Shown here one piece after another: positions 19,161 through 28,773 of a stretch of 64,000 nt of DNA (its first letter is position 1; each line of letters begins with the position of its first letter). Source of the DNA: Verrucomicrobiota bacterium (GTDB taxonomy: Bacteria; Verrucomicrobiota; Verrucomicrobiia; Opitutales; Cerasicoccaceae); contig JBCBUK010000002.1 in assembly GCA_039818205.1 (NCBI GenBank), forward strand, positions 416,001-480,000, written 5' to 3'. The notes under the pieces are model-generated. The model saw nothing but the letters and a program-made list of their open reading frames with translations. It was not told the origin of the DNA and searched no databases. A program made the translations under genes and the position numbers.

Positions 19161-19909
19161 GCTTTTGCAGTCTCCTTGCGTTTTCCTGATTTTCGGGCCC
19201 AGCCGGTAAGTCCGGTCACAATGAGAATGATTACAGCGACAGCGGACAGATCCATCAGGGTTCGGCCGGGGAGGCCGAACAGTCGTCCAGAGTGAAGATC
19301 GAGGATCACCCGGTAGAGCGGCACGCCATTGCCTTGGTAGCTGGTGAGGATGGCGTTGGCGTCATCGTCGGTTAATGCAACCGTTTGAAAGCCCGTCACG
19401 GTGTAGTCACCCGAGTATTCGCTGAAGTCTAACCATTCCTCATCGGTTTGCCAGGCCTGACCATCGGTCACTAGGATCGTTGTACCGTCCGGGGATTTGC
19501 CAACCGAATCGATACCCTCAAATGGCAGGTCGCCTCCGGAGAATTCTTCAATCAGCTCGCCGGTTGGGGTTAGCAGCAAAACGGCATCAGAGAGGACCAA
19601 GGCAGTAAACAGTTCGTTTTCGCTTATGCCAACAATGGGTCCCCCAGTTGCGAGGGCTTCGTCGTTGCGAAAGACTCGACCGTTGAGATAGGAAATGGTG
19701 ACGCCTCCAGCAAGTGCGATTGCGGTGATGTCGGAGCTCGCGCTCATCCCATACTGGTCGAGGATGAAGGAACTGTGAATGGAGGTTTCGTCGAGGCCGA
19801 GGAATTCAGAATGGTTGAGCGCCAGGCCGGTTAGCGAAACGCTCAACAAAAATATCGCCGCAATGCTGCCAAGCCAGCGGTGAATGGCCAGAATAGTGCG
19901 CCGTTTCAT
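19157..19909 (-). CDS. PepSY-associated TM-helix domain membrane protein
   Basis: HRWLG...LTGLALNH at the N-terminus; LDLHSGRLFG at the C-terminus. Confidence 0.85.
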   Translation of the reverse strand: MKRRTILAIHRWLGSIAAIFLLSVSLTGLALNHSEFLGLDETSIHSSFILDQYGMSASSDITAIALAGGVTISYLNGRVFRNDEALATGGPIVGISENELFTALVLSDAVLLLTPTGELIEEFSGGDLPFEGIDSVGKSPDGTTILVTDGQAWQTDEEWLDFSEYSGDYTVTGFQTVALTDDDANAILTSYQGNGVPLYRVILDLHSGRLFGLPGRTLMDLSAVAVIILIVTGLTGWARKSGKRKETAKA

Positions 19910-20445
19910 TTCCGAACCTCCCGGTCGAGAAACAGGGCGAGGCGGGCCATTCGGGTCAACGCATTTACCGATAATGTTGCGCCCGATATGCCATCGATCT
20001 TCTTATTCAGGTCGTCGTCTTCATCAAGAGTCAGGCCTTGAAATTGGTCGGTGAAAAATGGATAACGCACCTCCCAGCCATGACTCTCCCGATAAATTAG
20101 CACCTGCATCTCAACCATGCTTCCATTTTCGATCAGATAACCCGTGGTGATCGGTTTTACTTTACCAATCTCCTCAAGAATCCAAGCGGTCCGCTCGCCT
20201 GAACGCCAGTAGCGGACGCGAAGACCTTGGTATTTCCGGCCAAACACGTCTCTGATTCTAGCTTGGAGATCGTCCTTGAGCCAAAGGGCTTTCTTGGAGG
20301 GGGCGATATCGAAACTCCGTGAGATGAATTCGTCGGGCTCCAGATAGATATCTTCGGCTTGGAGCGCAGAAAACGACAGGGCCGATCCTACTAAGAGGAT
20401 GGCCCTGACCTTACGCCAAAACTGTAAGTTTCTGGCTAGCATCAA
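19906..20445 (-). CDS. FMN-binding (flavinylated) protein
   Basis: Signal peptide; YRESHGWEV; IDGISGATLS flavinylation motif. Confidence 0.88.
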   Translation of the reverse strand: MMLARNLQFWRKVRAILLVGSALSFSALQAEDIYLEPDEFISRSFDIAPSKKALWLKDDLQARIRDVFGRKYQGLRVRYWRSGERTAWILEEIGKVKPITTGYLIENGSMVEMQVLIYRESHGWEVRYPFFTDQFQGLTLDEDDDLNKKIDGISGATLSVNALTRMARLALFLDREVRK

Positions 20446-20519
20446 TATTGTTTATCCAAACTATATTCGTAGATTCTGCAATCGATTTTCAGATTTCAAA
20501 TTGGGTTCAAGCCTGTCGA

Positions 20520-21797
20520 CTAGAATACGAATCCGATGCCCAGGTTGACCGCGTAGTCGCCCTTGGCGACAAAGTCATCCGCTCCGGAAACCTCTTCAAC
20601 ATCTGCTTTGAGGACCACGTCGGGGATGGGCCAGTAGTTGAAACCGACTTGGTTGATCGTGTTTTTCGAAAAGGTAAGAGCGTTCTTCTGATACTCGTAG
20701 TAGCTGAAGCGGTAGAAGATCCCAAGCTCGCCGAAGCTATCGAGGTCAAAGATATAGGACGGCTCGATGTAAGTTCCCCACTGTTCCTTTGCGGATTCCG
20801 GCAAGGCGCTACCCCAAAGGTCCCAACGGGCATATTGGGCTTTCAAAGTGATGTTCTCCCAAGTGTATTGGCCGTAGAACGCGGAGAGCAATCCAGAGAC
20901 CTTCGCACTGGAGGTTTGGGCCATGTCGTTTTGGTAGTAGAGCGACGCACCGAGGTCCAATCCAGGGATGCCCGTGTAGCGAACGCGGGCGGTGTAGGCG
21001 GCGTCGTTCAATACGGCTTCAGCAACCTTTTGGCGGCCCGAGCGGATGTTGCCGACGAGTGGGTTGATATTCAAACCGGAGCTGACCGAGGCGTCAACCG
21101 CCACGCCATTGTCGAAACGATAGGTTCCCATAACGCCACCTTCCCACCAGGTGGTCGGAATGATGCGGACGTCTACGCCGTTGCGCTCGACTCCGTAGAA
21201 AGTGGTTGGCTCGTGGTATTCATTCAAGCCGACGACGGGTAACAAATAGAGACCGACGTTCGCTGCGAGTTGATCCGTGACGTCGAACTGAATAAAGGCC
21301 TGCTCAAGCTCGACTTCACCGGGTTTTCCGTCTCCGGCAAGGGCGTGCTCCAACTCAATTTCGGAGAAAAGGCGAATGTTCTCGGTAAACTCGTGATTGA
21401 CGAAAAGAACGAATCGGTGGAAGTCGATCTCGTTGGACGCCTTCGGGAAGAAGTTAGCGTGCAATTCGCCGTAGCCACCGAGGCTCGTGTTTTGGAACCA
21501 GCCAGTCTCTCCCGATCCTTCGCCGCCAATCAATCCGTCCTCAACGGCGCTCACGGTCATATCTAGCTGCTCCTGAGTCTCAATCAACTCAGTCTGGGTC
21601 AGTTGCACTTGAGACTGCGTTTCGGCAGCATCTTGTTGAGCGACTTCAAGCTGAGTTTGAAGATCAGCGATCTGTGCCTGTTGTTCCTGGATGATTTTCC
21701 ACATCTCTTCGACCGACGGTGTTTCCTGGGCGTAAGCGGCGCCAGTTAAGCATAGGCCTGCGAGAGCAATGGTGGAGGTGAGTTGAAGCTTGTTCAT
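20520..21797 (-). CDS. Outer-membrane porin with N-terminal coiled coil
   Basis: Signal peptide, Q/E-rich coiled coil, GGYGELH, DFHRFVLF, ELEHA, C-terminal GIGFVF. Confidence 0.85.
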   Translation of the reverse strand: MNKLQLTSTIALAGLCLTGAAYAQETPSVEEMWKIIQEQQAQIADLQTQLEVAQQDAAETQSQVQLTQTELIETQEQLDMTVSAVEDGLIGGEGSGETGWFQNTSLGGYGELHANFFPKASNEIDFHRFVLFVNHEFTENIRLFSEIELEHALAGDGKPGEVELEQAFIQFDVTDQLAANVGLYLLPVVGLNEYHEPTTFYGVERNGVDVRIIPTTWWEGGVMGTYRFDNGVAVDASVSSGLNINPLVGNIRSGRQKVAEAVLNDAAYTARVRYTGIPGLDLGASLYYQNDMAQTSSAKVSGLLSAFYGQYTWENITLKAQYARWDLWGSALPESAKEQWGTYIEPSYIFDLDSFGELGIFYRFSYYEYQKNALTFSKNTINQVGFNYWPIPDVVLKADVEEVSGADDFVAKGDYAVNLGIGFVF

Positions 21798-21867
21798 TTT
21801 GTCAGTTAGGGAGCTGGCCGATCAGCCGAGCTAAATTCTTCGAAACCGAAGAACGCTTTTAGTTGTT

Positions 21868-21911
21868 ATTGAGATTCAGTTTTGAATTCAACTTGGAGAC
21901 TGTGTCTCATT
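21868..21911. promoter_or_regulatory. Two imperfect TGAGA-N5-TCTCA-like palindromes (candidate Fur/iron boxes)
   Basis: attgagattcagttttgaat and ttggagactgtgtctcatt upstream of the porin operon. Confidence 0.45.
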
Positions 21912-21977
21912 TACATATCGTCAAGTGGTTTCTTGAAAAAAGATCGTTTCAAAGGGATATCTGGGATTTGCAGACAC

Positions 21978-22011
21978 AAAAAACGCCAGACGGAAAGCCG
22001 TCTGGCGCTTT
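21978..22011 (-). terminator. Intrinsic terminator of rne/rng
   Basis: cgccagacgg-aaag-ccgtctggcg 10-bp stem with a T6 tail on the minus strand. Confidence 0.88.
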
Positions 22012-22030
22012 GAAAATGATTGCGTCTATT

Positions 22031-23782
22031 CTACCGCAGTTCTCTGCCGGTTTCGGCGTTCAGTATGCGGAAGTTCTCGACGTGGTAAGCCGGGTCGGAT
22101 CGGAATGACAACTGAACGTTGTAGGCATTTTCGATATCGATCAGGTGTTGCGCATCTTCGCGGCGTAGGCGCTCGAGGTTGGTGGGGTGGATGAGCACGC
22201 GAAGGCTGAGTGGCGTGTCGCCTTTGCGTTCGCCGGCATGGGCATGGCGAATGATGCTAACCAAGCGGCGCTGGATCTCAACGCTCATGCTGCGGGGGCT
22301 CTTTACAATACCCTTGCCTGTGCAATACGGGCATCCTTCGTAGATTCCGCTCGAATGGCTCTCGGAGTGGCGCTGTCGAGTCATCTGCATGATTCCGAGC
22401 TGGCTGATCGGCAGGATGTGGCTCTTGGCTTTGTCGGTTTCCATTTCCTGGCGCATACGCTCGTAGACCAGTCGGCGATCTCTCTTCGACTTCATGTCAA
22501 TAAAGTCCATGATGATCAGACCGCCGATGTTACGCAGGCGAATTTGCCGCGCGATTTCCGAGGCAGATTCCAGGTTAACGTTCAGGATGTAGTTTTTCCC
22601 GTCCTTGTCTTTACCGCGGTGGCCACCGGTATTGACGTCGATTGCGACCAGCGCTTCGGTTTCTTCGATAACGATTTCGCCGCCGCCGGGAAGGGGAACG
22701 CGTCGTTGAAAGGTTTGTTCGATTTGGCGCTCAATATTGAACCGCTCAAAAATCGGAATGTCGTCCGTGAACTGGGCGATTTTACGCCTCGACCGTGGAG
22801 AGATCTGGTTGACCACCTCGATCATCGACTTGTGGCGTGCCTCGCTGTCGACCAACACGCGATCGATATCCTCGGTCAGGAAGTCGCGCACGGTGCGCTC
22901 AATGATATCGGGTTCTTGGTAAAGCATGCAGGGCGCATCCTGAGTTTTGAGGCGATGTTGAATCTCGTCCCATTTCTTCAGGAGCATGTGCAGGTCGCGG
23001 ATGAAGTAGCGGATCTTCTTCCCCTCACCAGCGGTGCGGATGATGACCCCCATACCCTCTGGAATGGTCAACGAGCGCAGGATTTCTTTCAAGCGATCGC
23101 GTTCCGCGCGGTTCTCAATCTTGCGAGAAACCCCGCATTGACCGGAGAACGGCATGAGTACCAGAAAGCGGCCTGGGAGTGCCAGGTTCGTGGTGGTCCG
23201 TGGGCCTTTGGAGCCAATTTGCCCTTTGGTAATCTGCAGGATGATTTCCGTTCCAATCGGAAACATCTTGGGGATTTCCTTGAGGTTGGGCTTATCGGGC
23301 TTGGAGTTTCGTTTGTCCTCCGAGCGAGTGTCCCGGACGACCTCAATCGAATTGTCCTCTTGAGCACCGGGAATGATGTCCCAGTAGTGCAAGAAGGCGT
23401 TTTTGGGTTGGTCGATATCGACAAAAGCAGCCTTCAGGCCGTTTTCGAGGTTCTGAATTTTACCCTTGAAGATGGCGCCAACCATCCGTTTTTCTCCGGC
23501 TCGTTCGACCTCAAATTTATCGAGGACTCCATCGGTCAGGAGAGCGACCCGGGTTTCGAGTGGCTCCGCGTTGATGATTAATTCGCGATAGGGAGCATTC
23601 TTTTGACCAGACAAGGCGCGGACAATTTTTTGGATGATAGGTTGTTTTTTCGCTCGTGAGCGGGATTCCGTCTTCAGCGTATCGGCTGGGATGGGCTCAA
23701 TGATTTCTTCTTTGGGTGGATTTTGAAGTTCTTCATGGAGTTTGGAATCTACTTTATCGTTTGTTTGCGATGATGCGTTCAT
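22031..23782 (-). CDS. Rne/Rng family ribonuclease
   Basis: S1 domain (GAIFKGKI...AAFVDI...AFLH); [45 protein letters not shown]. Confidence 0.92.
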   Translation of the reverse strand: MNASSQTNDKVDSKLHEELQNPPKEEIIEPIPADTLKTESRSRAKKQPIIQKIVRALSGQKNAPYRELIINAEPLETRVALLTDGVLDKFEVERAGEKRMVGAIFKGKIQNLENGLKAAFVDIDQPKNAFLHYWDIIPGAQEDNSIEVVRDTRSEDKRNSKPDKPNLKEIPKMFPIGTEIILQITKGQIGSKGPRTTTNLALPGRFLVLMPFSGQCGVSRKIENRAERDRLKEILRSLTIPEGMGVIIRTAGEGKKIRYFIRDLHMLLKKWDEIQHRLKTQDAPCMLYQEPDIIERTVRDFLTEDIDRVLVDSEARHKSMIEVVNQISPRSRRKIAQFTDDIPIFERFNIERQIEQTFQRRVPLPGGGEIVIEETEALVAIDVNTGGHRGKDKDGKNYILNVNLESASEIARQIRLRNIGGLIIMDFIDMKSKRDRRLVYERMRQEMETDKAKSHILPISQLGIMQMTRQRHSESHSSGIYEGCPYCTGKGIVKSPRSMSVEIQRRLVSIIRHAHAGERKGDTPLSLRVLIHPTNLERLRREDAQHLIDIENAYNVQLSFRSDPAYHVENFRILNAETGRELR

Positions 23783-23891
23783 GAGTTGTGGGCGTAGGCC
23801 ATTGTTTGAATATCGGCCGGCGGCACGTTCGCTTCGAGCTGAGTGGTTCCGCGATGCAGCTTATAAAAAATCGCGGGAAATCTGGGAATCG

Positions 23892-25187
23892 TCACGAAAA
23901 GTCGCGACGATAGCGATAAACGCTTTGGATAAGACCTTGCAGGATACAACAGCTAAGCACAAATGAGCCACCGTAACTGAGGAACGGTAAAGGGAGCCCT
24001 GTTATGGGCATAAGACCGATCGTCATTCCGATGTTGATGAATACGTGAATCATTAAAATGACACTGACTCCGACGCACAACAGTGCGCCAAAGCGGTCGC
24101 GAGCCATCCCGGCGATTCGGATGCCGTTTGCGACCAATATGAAAAAGAGGGTTAAGATGATTAAACCGCCGACGTACCCGGACTCTTCAGCCAGGACCGC
24201 GAAAATGAAGTCGTTAGTAGCCACTGTTGGTGGCAAATAACCGAGCTTTGCCTGGGTTCCTTCGCCCAAGCCTTTGCCGGTTAAGCCGCCGCCAGCGACT
24301 GCGTAAAGAGATTGATTTAAGTTCCAAGCGACACCGGTGCCTCGGGGGTCGACCACCGATGGCGCTGCAAAAGCCAGAATGCGATTACGCTGGTAATCCT
24401 TCAACGGAAGCAGGGAGTTATCTTGGTAGACTCCGGCATCCCGAAGCGGCTCGTAGCCGTTGGTGCGCATAAAATCCTGATAACGATACACATCCACACC
24501 GACCCAGAGCACTACCACGAGGAATAGACCAAATACCGTGGCAAAGAACTTTTCAGATAGTCTGGAAACGTAAAGCAGGCTAAAAACCATAGGAGGGAAT
24601 ACCAGCGAAGACCCCAAGTCCGGCTGTAGGAATATGAGAAAGACTGGAATTGAAAATACTACGCCGACTTTTATCAAGACCTTAATCGAGTCCCGGAAGG
24701 TGCCTACTTCTGATCGCGCCAGCAGACTGGCGACCATCATCAGCGTCCCAATCTTGGCAAATTCCGATGGTTGGATCGATGCGGGCCCAAAATCTATCCA
24801 CCGGGTGGACCCATGCCTTGTCTGAATGAGCGGCAGTTGGAAGTCCAGCCCGACATCCAGCATGATGGCTTGCAGCGCCAGCGGACTGAGCAGTGCGACG
24901 CAAAACCAATAGAAGATATGCGCATTCTCGAGGTAGAATTTATAATTGATCAGCGAAGTGACCGTGTAAGCCGTTCCGCCGACAAAAATCCAAACGATCT
25001 GCATCTTCCACGCGCCACCGCCCAAATACTTCTGAGCTGAGTAGATGAAAAATGCACCAATGATGCCCAGCAAGGCGATGCACATCGGGCTAATCCAGTC
25101 GCTCCGATGTTCCTCGCCGAAGTGCATAAAGCGGCGAAGCGGAAACTCACGAATCCATGCATTAATACTGTGGGCTGATGGGGGCAC
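23892..25187 (-). CDS. rodA: Rod shape-determining protein RodA (FtsW/RodA/SpoVE family)
   Basis: RWI.FG...QPSEFAK, QPDLG, YQRNRI, DFIFAVLAEE, MPITGLPLPFLSYGGS; start uncertain. Confidence 0.88.
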   Translation of the reverse strand: MPPSAHSINAWIREFPLRRFMHFGEEHRSDWISPMCIALLGIIGAFFIYSAQKYLGGGAWKMQIVWIFVGGTAYTVTSLINYKFYLENAHIFYWFCVALLSPLALQAIMLDVGLDFQLPLIQTRHGSTRWIDFGPASIQPSEFAKIGTLMMVASLLARSEVGTFRDSIKVLIKVGVVFSIPVFLIFLQPDLGSSLVFPPMVFSLLYVSRLSEKFFATVFGLFLVVVLWVGVDVYRYQDFMRTNGYEPLRDAGVYQDNSLLPLKDYQRNRILAFAAPSVVDPRGTGVAWNLNQSLYAVAGGGLTGKGLGEGTQAKLGYLPPTVATNDFIFAVLAEESGYVGGLIILTLFFILVANGIRIAGMARDRFGALLCVGVSVILMIHVFINIGMTIGLMPITGLPLPFLSYGGSFVLSCCILQGLIQSVYRYRRDFS

Positions 25188-25273
25188 GATGAATTAAGGC
25201 CAAATTAAGCCCGCGGTGCAAGCATTCCGTATGCCGACATTTCGCAACTAAGATGAATCATCTGTGGGCTTGT

Positions 25274-26176
25274 TTAGCGCCACGAGCTAAGGTCTCGACC
25301 GGTCATCAATTCCAGTTCCTCGATCTCTTTGGCCCAAGTTTGGCGGAGTTGCGCCCGAATCGTTGCTGGCATCGTCGGTTTTTCGGTGTGGCTTTGATTC
25401 GCGTTCCAAAGGATTTGGTAGAGGCGCGTGCGGATGCTTGGTGTCACGATTCGACGGAGGGGCCTGCGGATAAAGGCTGGCGGTTGGTTGAGCCAACGTT
25501 TCAACCATCCCTCGCGTTGATTGGGTCGTTCATTCTCGATGCTAAAATTCGGCACGAAGCCGTCGTCTAAATCCAGGAAGCGGAGCACCCGCCGATAAAG
25601 TTCCTCGGGTTCGGATTGCAGGTCTTCATAGAAAAGCACGAGCACTTGGTCCGGTTCAAACTGGGCGTAGAAGCGCTTCAGGATGGTTGCGTATTTCCCA
25701 AGGTCTTCGTAGAACAATCCTTCAAGTGGAATGAGTCGTTCCGGAAGGTATTTGCCGGCTCGGCGGTCGGTTTGGGCTTGGAGGGCCTCATCAAAGGGGA
25801 GCGATTCGCCGCCGTGGCCGAGTAGTAACCCGTGCCAGGAGAAGACGAGATCCGCAGGATCGCGCAGGATGAAAATGAGATTTGCGTTCGGGTTGTGTTC
25901 GCGAATCCGCCTAGGAGCCTCTGGTGACAGGAAATACCAGGTTGAACCGTCGCCGGACCGTTGGTTTGGGTTCGCCCCGTGGTAGAGTTCGGCGTAGTCA
26001 GTTGTTGATTCGATTCGGACGGGGCGCTGGCTTCGGACGGTGAGGTCGCCCGCGAAAAATTGCGGCTCCTTTAGGGTGGGTAGAAATGTGCCCGGATGCT
26101 GGTTTAGCCACTGGTAGAGAGATGTGGTACCGGCCCGCGGCGCACCACAAAGGAAAAAATCAGTCTTCGCATCCAT
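25274..26176 (-). CDS. PAPS-dependent sulfotransferase
   Basis: GAPRAGTTSL (5'-PSB loop), KEPQFF, ILRDP....S (3'-PB), YEDL. Confidence 0.88.
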   Translation of the reverse strand: MDAKTDFFLCGAPRAGTTSLYQWLNQHPGTFLPTLKEPQFFAGDLTVRSQRPVRIESTTDYAELYHGANPNQRSGDGSTWYFLSPEAPRRIREHNPNANLIFILRDPADLVFSWHGLLLGHGGESLPFDEALQAQTDRRAGKYLPERLIPLEGLFYEDLGKYATILKRFYAQFEPDQVLVLFYEDLQSEPEELYRRVLRFLDLDDGFVPNFSIENERPNQREGWLKRWLNQPPAFIRRPLRRIVTPSIRTRLYQILWNANQSHTEKPTMPATIRAQLRQTWAKEIEELELMTGRDLSSWR

Positions 26177-26278
26177 CCTTACGGATTAGCATGGGCGGGC
26201 TCCGGCCTGAACGGCAAGAGTCGTTTTCGCGATGATTTCTTCTCGGCGTTTGGTACAAAATTTCTTTTGCTATTAGGA

Positions 26279-27403
26279 ATGCAGAATTCTGAAACACCGA
26301 CGGTAATCCATTTTGCGGGCTCTAGTTTGGATGTCGGGGGCTTGTTGTCTTATATCCGCTCGATGGCCAAGCACAATGGCGTGCACAATGTTTTGGTGGT
26401 TCAGAAAGGGTTCAAACAAACGCGGTTGCCATTCATGAAGCTTCTGGAATTGCCGGAGGGCGACTACAGTTCCTTGGTGTCGCCTGGGGCTTGCTGGGAT
26501 AGTTTTAAGCAGGTATTCTGGCTTCGGCGAAAGCTGGGGCGCGATTCGAATCTAATTTTTCATGCGCATTCCCGTGGTGGTGTGTTGATCGCAATTATCT
26601 TGGTATCGCTTGGCTACCGCAATGTGGTCGCTACGATTCACCATAATGGCAATCACCGTTGGTTTTACCATTTGGCTCATCGAGCGCTAAAGCGACGGAT
26701 GATCTTCCTTTGTCCTGCGATGAAACGCTATTATGGGCTCGAGGGGAGGAGTTGGCGTGATTGCATACCGGGTAGTGTCACGCCCTATTTGCGGCGACCG
26801 GGCCGAACGAAGCCGCCTTTCTTTGGCCCCCAAAGCGAACGGCTGCTCACCCTTGGAGGCTGTGGCATTGTGGTCGAGTGGAAGCGCTGGGAAATTATTC
26901 TGGAGGCCCTTGGGCAAATTAAGCCTGAGCTACGCCGCCGCATCCGATTTGTCCATGTGGGTGATCCGCTCGACGAGGCGATCTCCCAAGACTATGCCGA
27001 GAAGCTTCGGGACAAGGTCCAACAGTACGGTCTTGAAAATCAGGTTGAGTGGCGGGGGCACCAGGACGATTTGAACGAGTTTTTCTCGGAGGTCGATTTA
27101 TTGATTCACCCAGCGGAGGCTGAGCCCTTTGGGCTTGCGGTCCTTGAGGCGCTATTTGCTGGCGTGCCTGCAATTACGAGCTCAAGTGTCGGTGCCGCTG
27201 ATCTCTTCGACTCTCCAGCCAACGGTCTCACCTTCCCGACCAACGATTTCAAAGCATTGGGTAATTTGATTGAGAAACTGATGGCTGGGTCGCAGACGTT
27301 TCCGTCCGTTGATCGGGCGAGCTTGCGCCCGTTGGAGCCCGAGTTCCTGGGAGCCCGCTGGGCGGAGGTTTATAGTCGACTTGAGGGAGAGCCCACCGGC
27401 TAG
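26279..27403 (+). CDS. Glycosyltransferase family 4
   Basis: HAHS; EWKRWE; HPAEAEPFGLAVLEA (EX7E motif). Confidence 0.85.
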   Translation: MQNSETPTVIHFAGSSLDVGGLLSYIRSMAKHNGVHNVLVVQKGFKQTRLPFMKLLELPEGDYSSLVSPGACWDSFKQVFWLRRKLGRDSNLIFHAHSRGGVLIAIILVSLGYRNVVATIHHNGNHRWFYHLAHRALKRRMIFLCPAMKRYYGLEGRSWRDCIPGSVTPYLRRPGRTKPPFFGPQSERLLTLGGCGIVVEWKRWEIILEALGQIKPELRRRIRFVHVGDPLDEAISQDYAEKLRDKVQQYGLENQVEWRGHQDDLNEFFSEVDLLIHPAEAEPFGLAVLEALFAGVPAITSSSVGAADLFDSPANGLTFPTNDFKALGNLIEKLMAGSQTFPSVDRASLRPLEPEFLGARWAEVYSRLEGEPTG

Positions 27404-27462
27404 TTATCTGGGGGTCCGTTTAGCGGTCCGAGTGGTTGGTTGAACTGAGATCTCCGTGCACG

Positions 27463-27918
27463 CTACCGCTTAAAGGGGGCGGTTACCGCGATGCGCAGTG
27501 CGTAGGTCAACAGGCCAATGGGCCCGAATAGCCAGCAAAGGATGAGTTCGACCGGAATGAGTATTTTACGCTTGTTCGCGTCGATAAATAGGCTTTCGCC
27601 AAGGAAAAGGTTCAGTGTTTGGATCTTCAACCATAGGATTAGCAAAACAATAGGGTGGGTCGCAACGGCGGCCTGATCGCTGTAGTTGATGCCTGTGGGG
27701 GCATCCGGGATTCCGAGGTCCCACAGTTGCCAATACAAATACAAAACGCCAATCGTCATCACGACTGGGGCCAGTAGTGGTGAGCAGAGTTTGCGGGTGA
27801 ATGGCTTCCTTGGGAAAACAATCATCATCAGCCAGAAGGGGAGACCCGCCAAGGTGATGATCCAGAACAACTGGGTAAGGGCTTCGCTTGCAAACCATTC
27901 GATTATCCAACCGGGCAT
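27463..27918 (-). CDS. ABA4-like / DUF4281 membrane protein
   Basis: PFWLMMIVFP...T; LFGPIGLL.Y; about 4 TM segments. Confidence 0.7.
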   Translation of the reverse strand: MPGWIIEWFASEALTQLFWIITLAGLPFWLMMIVFPRKPFTRKLCSPLLAPVVMTIGVLYLYWQLWDLGIPDAPTGINYSDQAAVATHPIVLLILWLKIQTLNLFLGESLFIDANKRKILIPVELILCWLFGPIGLLTYALRIAVTAPFKR

Positions 27919-27954
27919 GGTCCGACCAATAGGGGATGACGGACGGGCGTCACC

Positions 27955-27990
27955 AAAAAACTTCCCCGCCCGGTCTCCACCGGGCGGGGA
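27955..27990 (-). terminator. Intrinsic terminator downstream of the redoxin gene
   Basis: tccccgcccggt-ctcc-accgggcgggga 12-bp stem, T6 tail on the minus strand. Confidence 0.8.
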
Positions 27991-28040
27991 TCTCTCATCT
28001 ACCCCCTAAATCGGGAACTCCGGTTCCCGATTAGAAATTG

Positions 28041-28652
28041 TTAGTTGTATTTGATCCCGCAGCCGTATGCTCGCGTCTTTGGGGTTGCGACTGCTTCGCC
28101 GGACATGCCCTTAGCTAAGGCTAGGTCGACGTAATTGTCTGCCGATGCGATGTCTCTAGCGCTGGCGCTGCTTTTGCTATCGATTGCCCCCATGTATACG
28201 ATTTTGCCGGCGGGGTTGATCACGACCATAGTCGGCGTTGCGCGGGCACCGTAGTCCTTGCCAACGGTTCCTTGGCTATCGATGAGATACGCTGTTCCCG
28301 ACCATCCTTTCTTACTATTAAGTTTAAGGATTTCTTCGGGTGAATAGAATCCTTGGGCCCCGGGAGCTGATGATCCAATCGACAACCAAGCGACGTTCTG
28401 CGCAGTCCACTTCATTTGGAGCTCTGCCATCTTGTCGGACTTGTCGTAAAACTTTTTTACAAACGGGCAGTCATAATTGACCCACTCTAAGACGACCCAT
28501 TGATCAGCGAAGTCGCTGAGTGAAACCGTTTCCCCGGCTGCAGACTTGAGGGAAAAATCTGGTGCTGACTGGCCAACGTCTACCTTTGCCTGAGCAGTGG
28601 CGACGACCAGGAATGATAACGCAATAGCGGTGATTTTCGATGCATGGCGCAT
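28041..28652 (-). CDS. Secreted redoxin/thioredoxin-fold protein
   Basis: Signal peptide; GQSAPDFSL; LEWVNYDCPFV; YGARATP; Y.GAID; YGCGIKY. Confidence 0.85.
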   Translation of the reverse strand: MRHASKITAIALSFLVVATAQAKVDVGQSAPDFSLKSAAGETVSLSDFADQWVVLEWVNYDCPFVKKFYDKSDKMAELQMKWTAQNVAWLSIGSSAPGAQGFYSPEEILKLNSKKGWSGTAYLIDSQGTVGKDYGARATPTMVVINPAGKIVYMGAIDSKSSASARDIASADNYVDLALAKGMSGEAVATPKTRAYGCGIKYN

Positions 28653-28773
28653 GGTTTTATTGGGTTGGAGTTCTGACCTGTGAATGAACAGAAGGTTCAC
28701 TTTAATTTTAGCTTCGCAGCCGAAAAACGTCAAATTACTTGCGCCGATTCACGATGAGGTCAAATTGGGCGAT

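Noticed and set aside
20448..21242. 264-aa ORF antisense to the porin gene
   Set aside because: Shadow ORF; the porin on the opposite strand has clear family motifs
22187..23581. 464-aa ORF antisense to rne/rng
   Set aside because: Codon-register mirror of a conserved gene; no recognisable motifs
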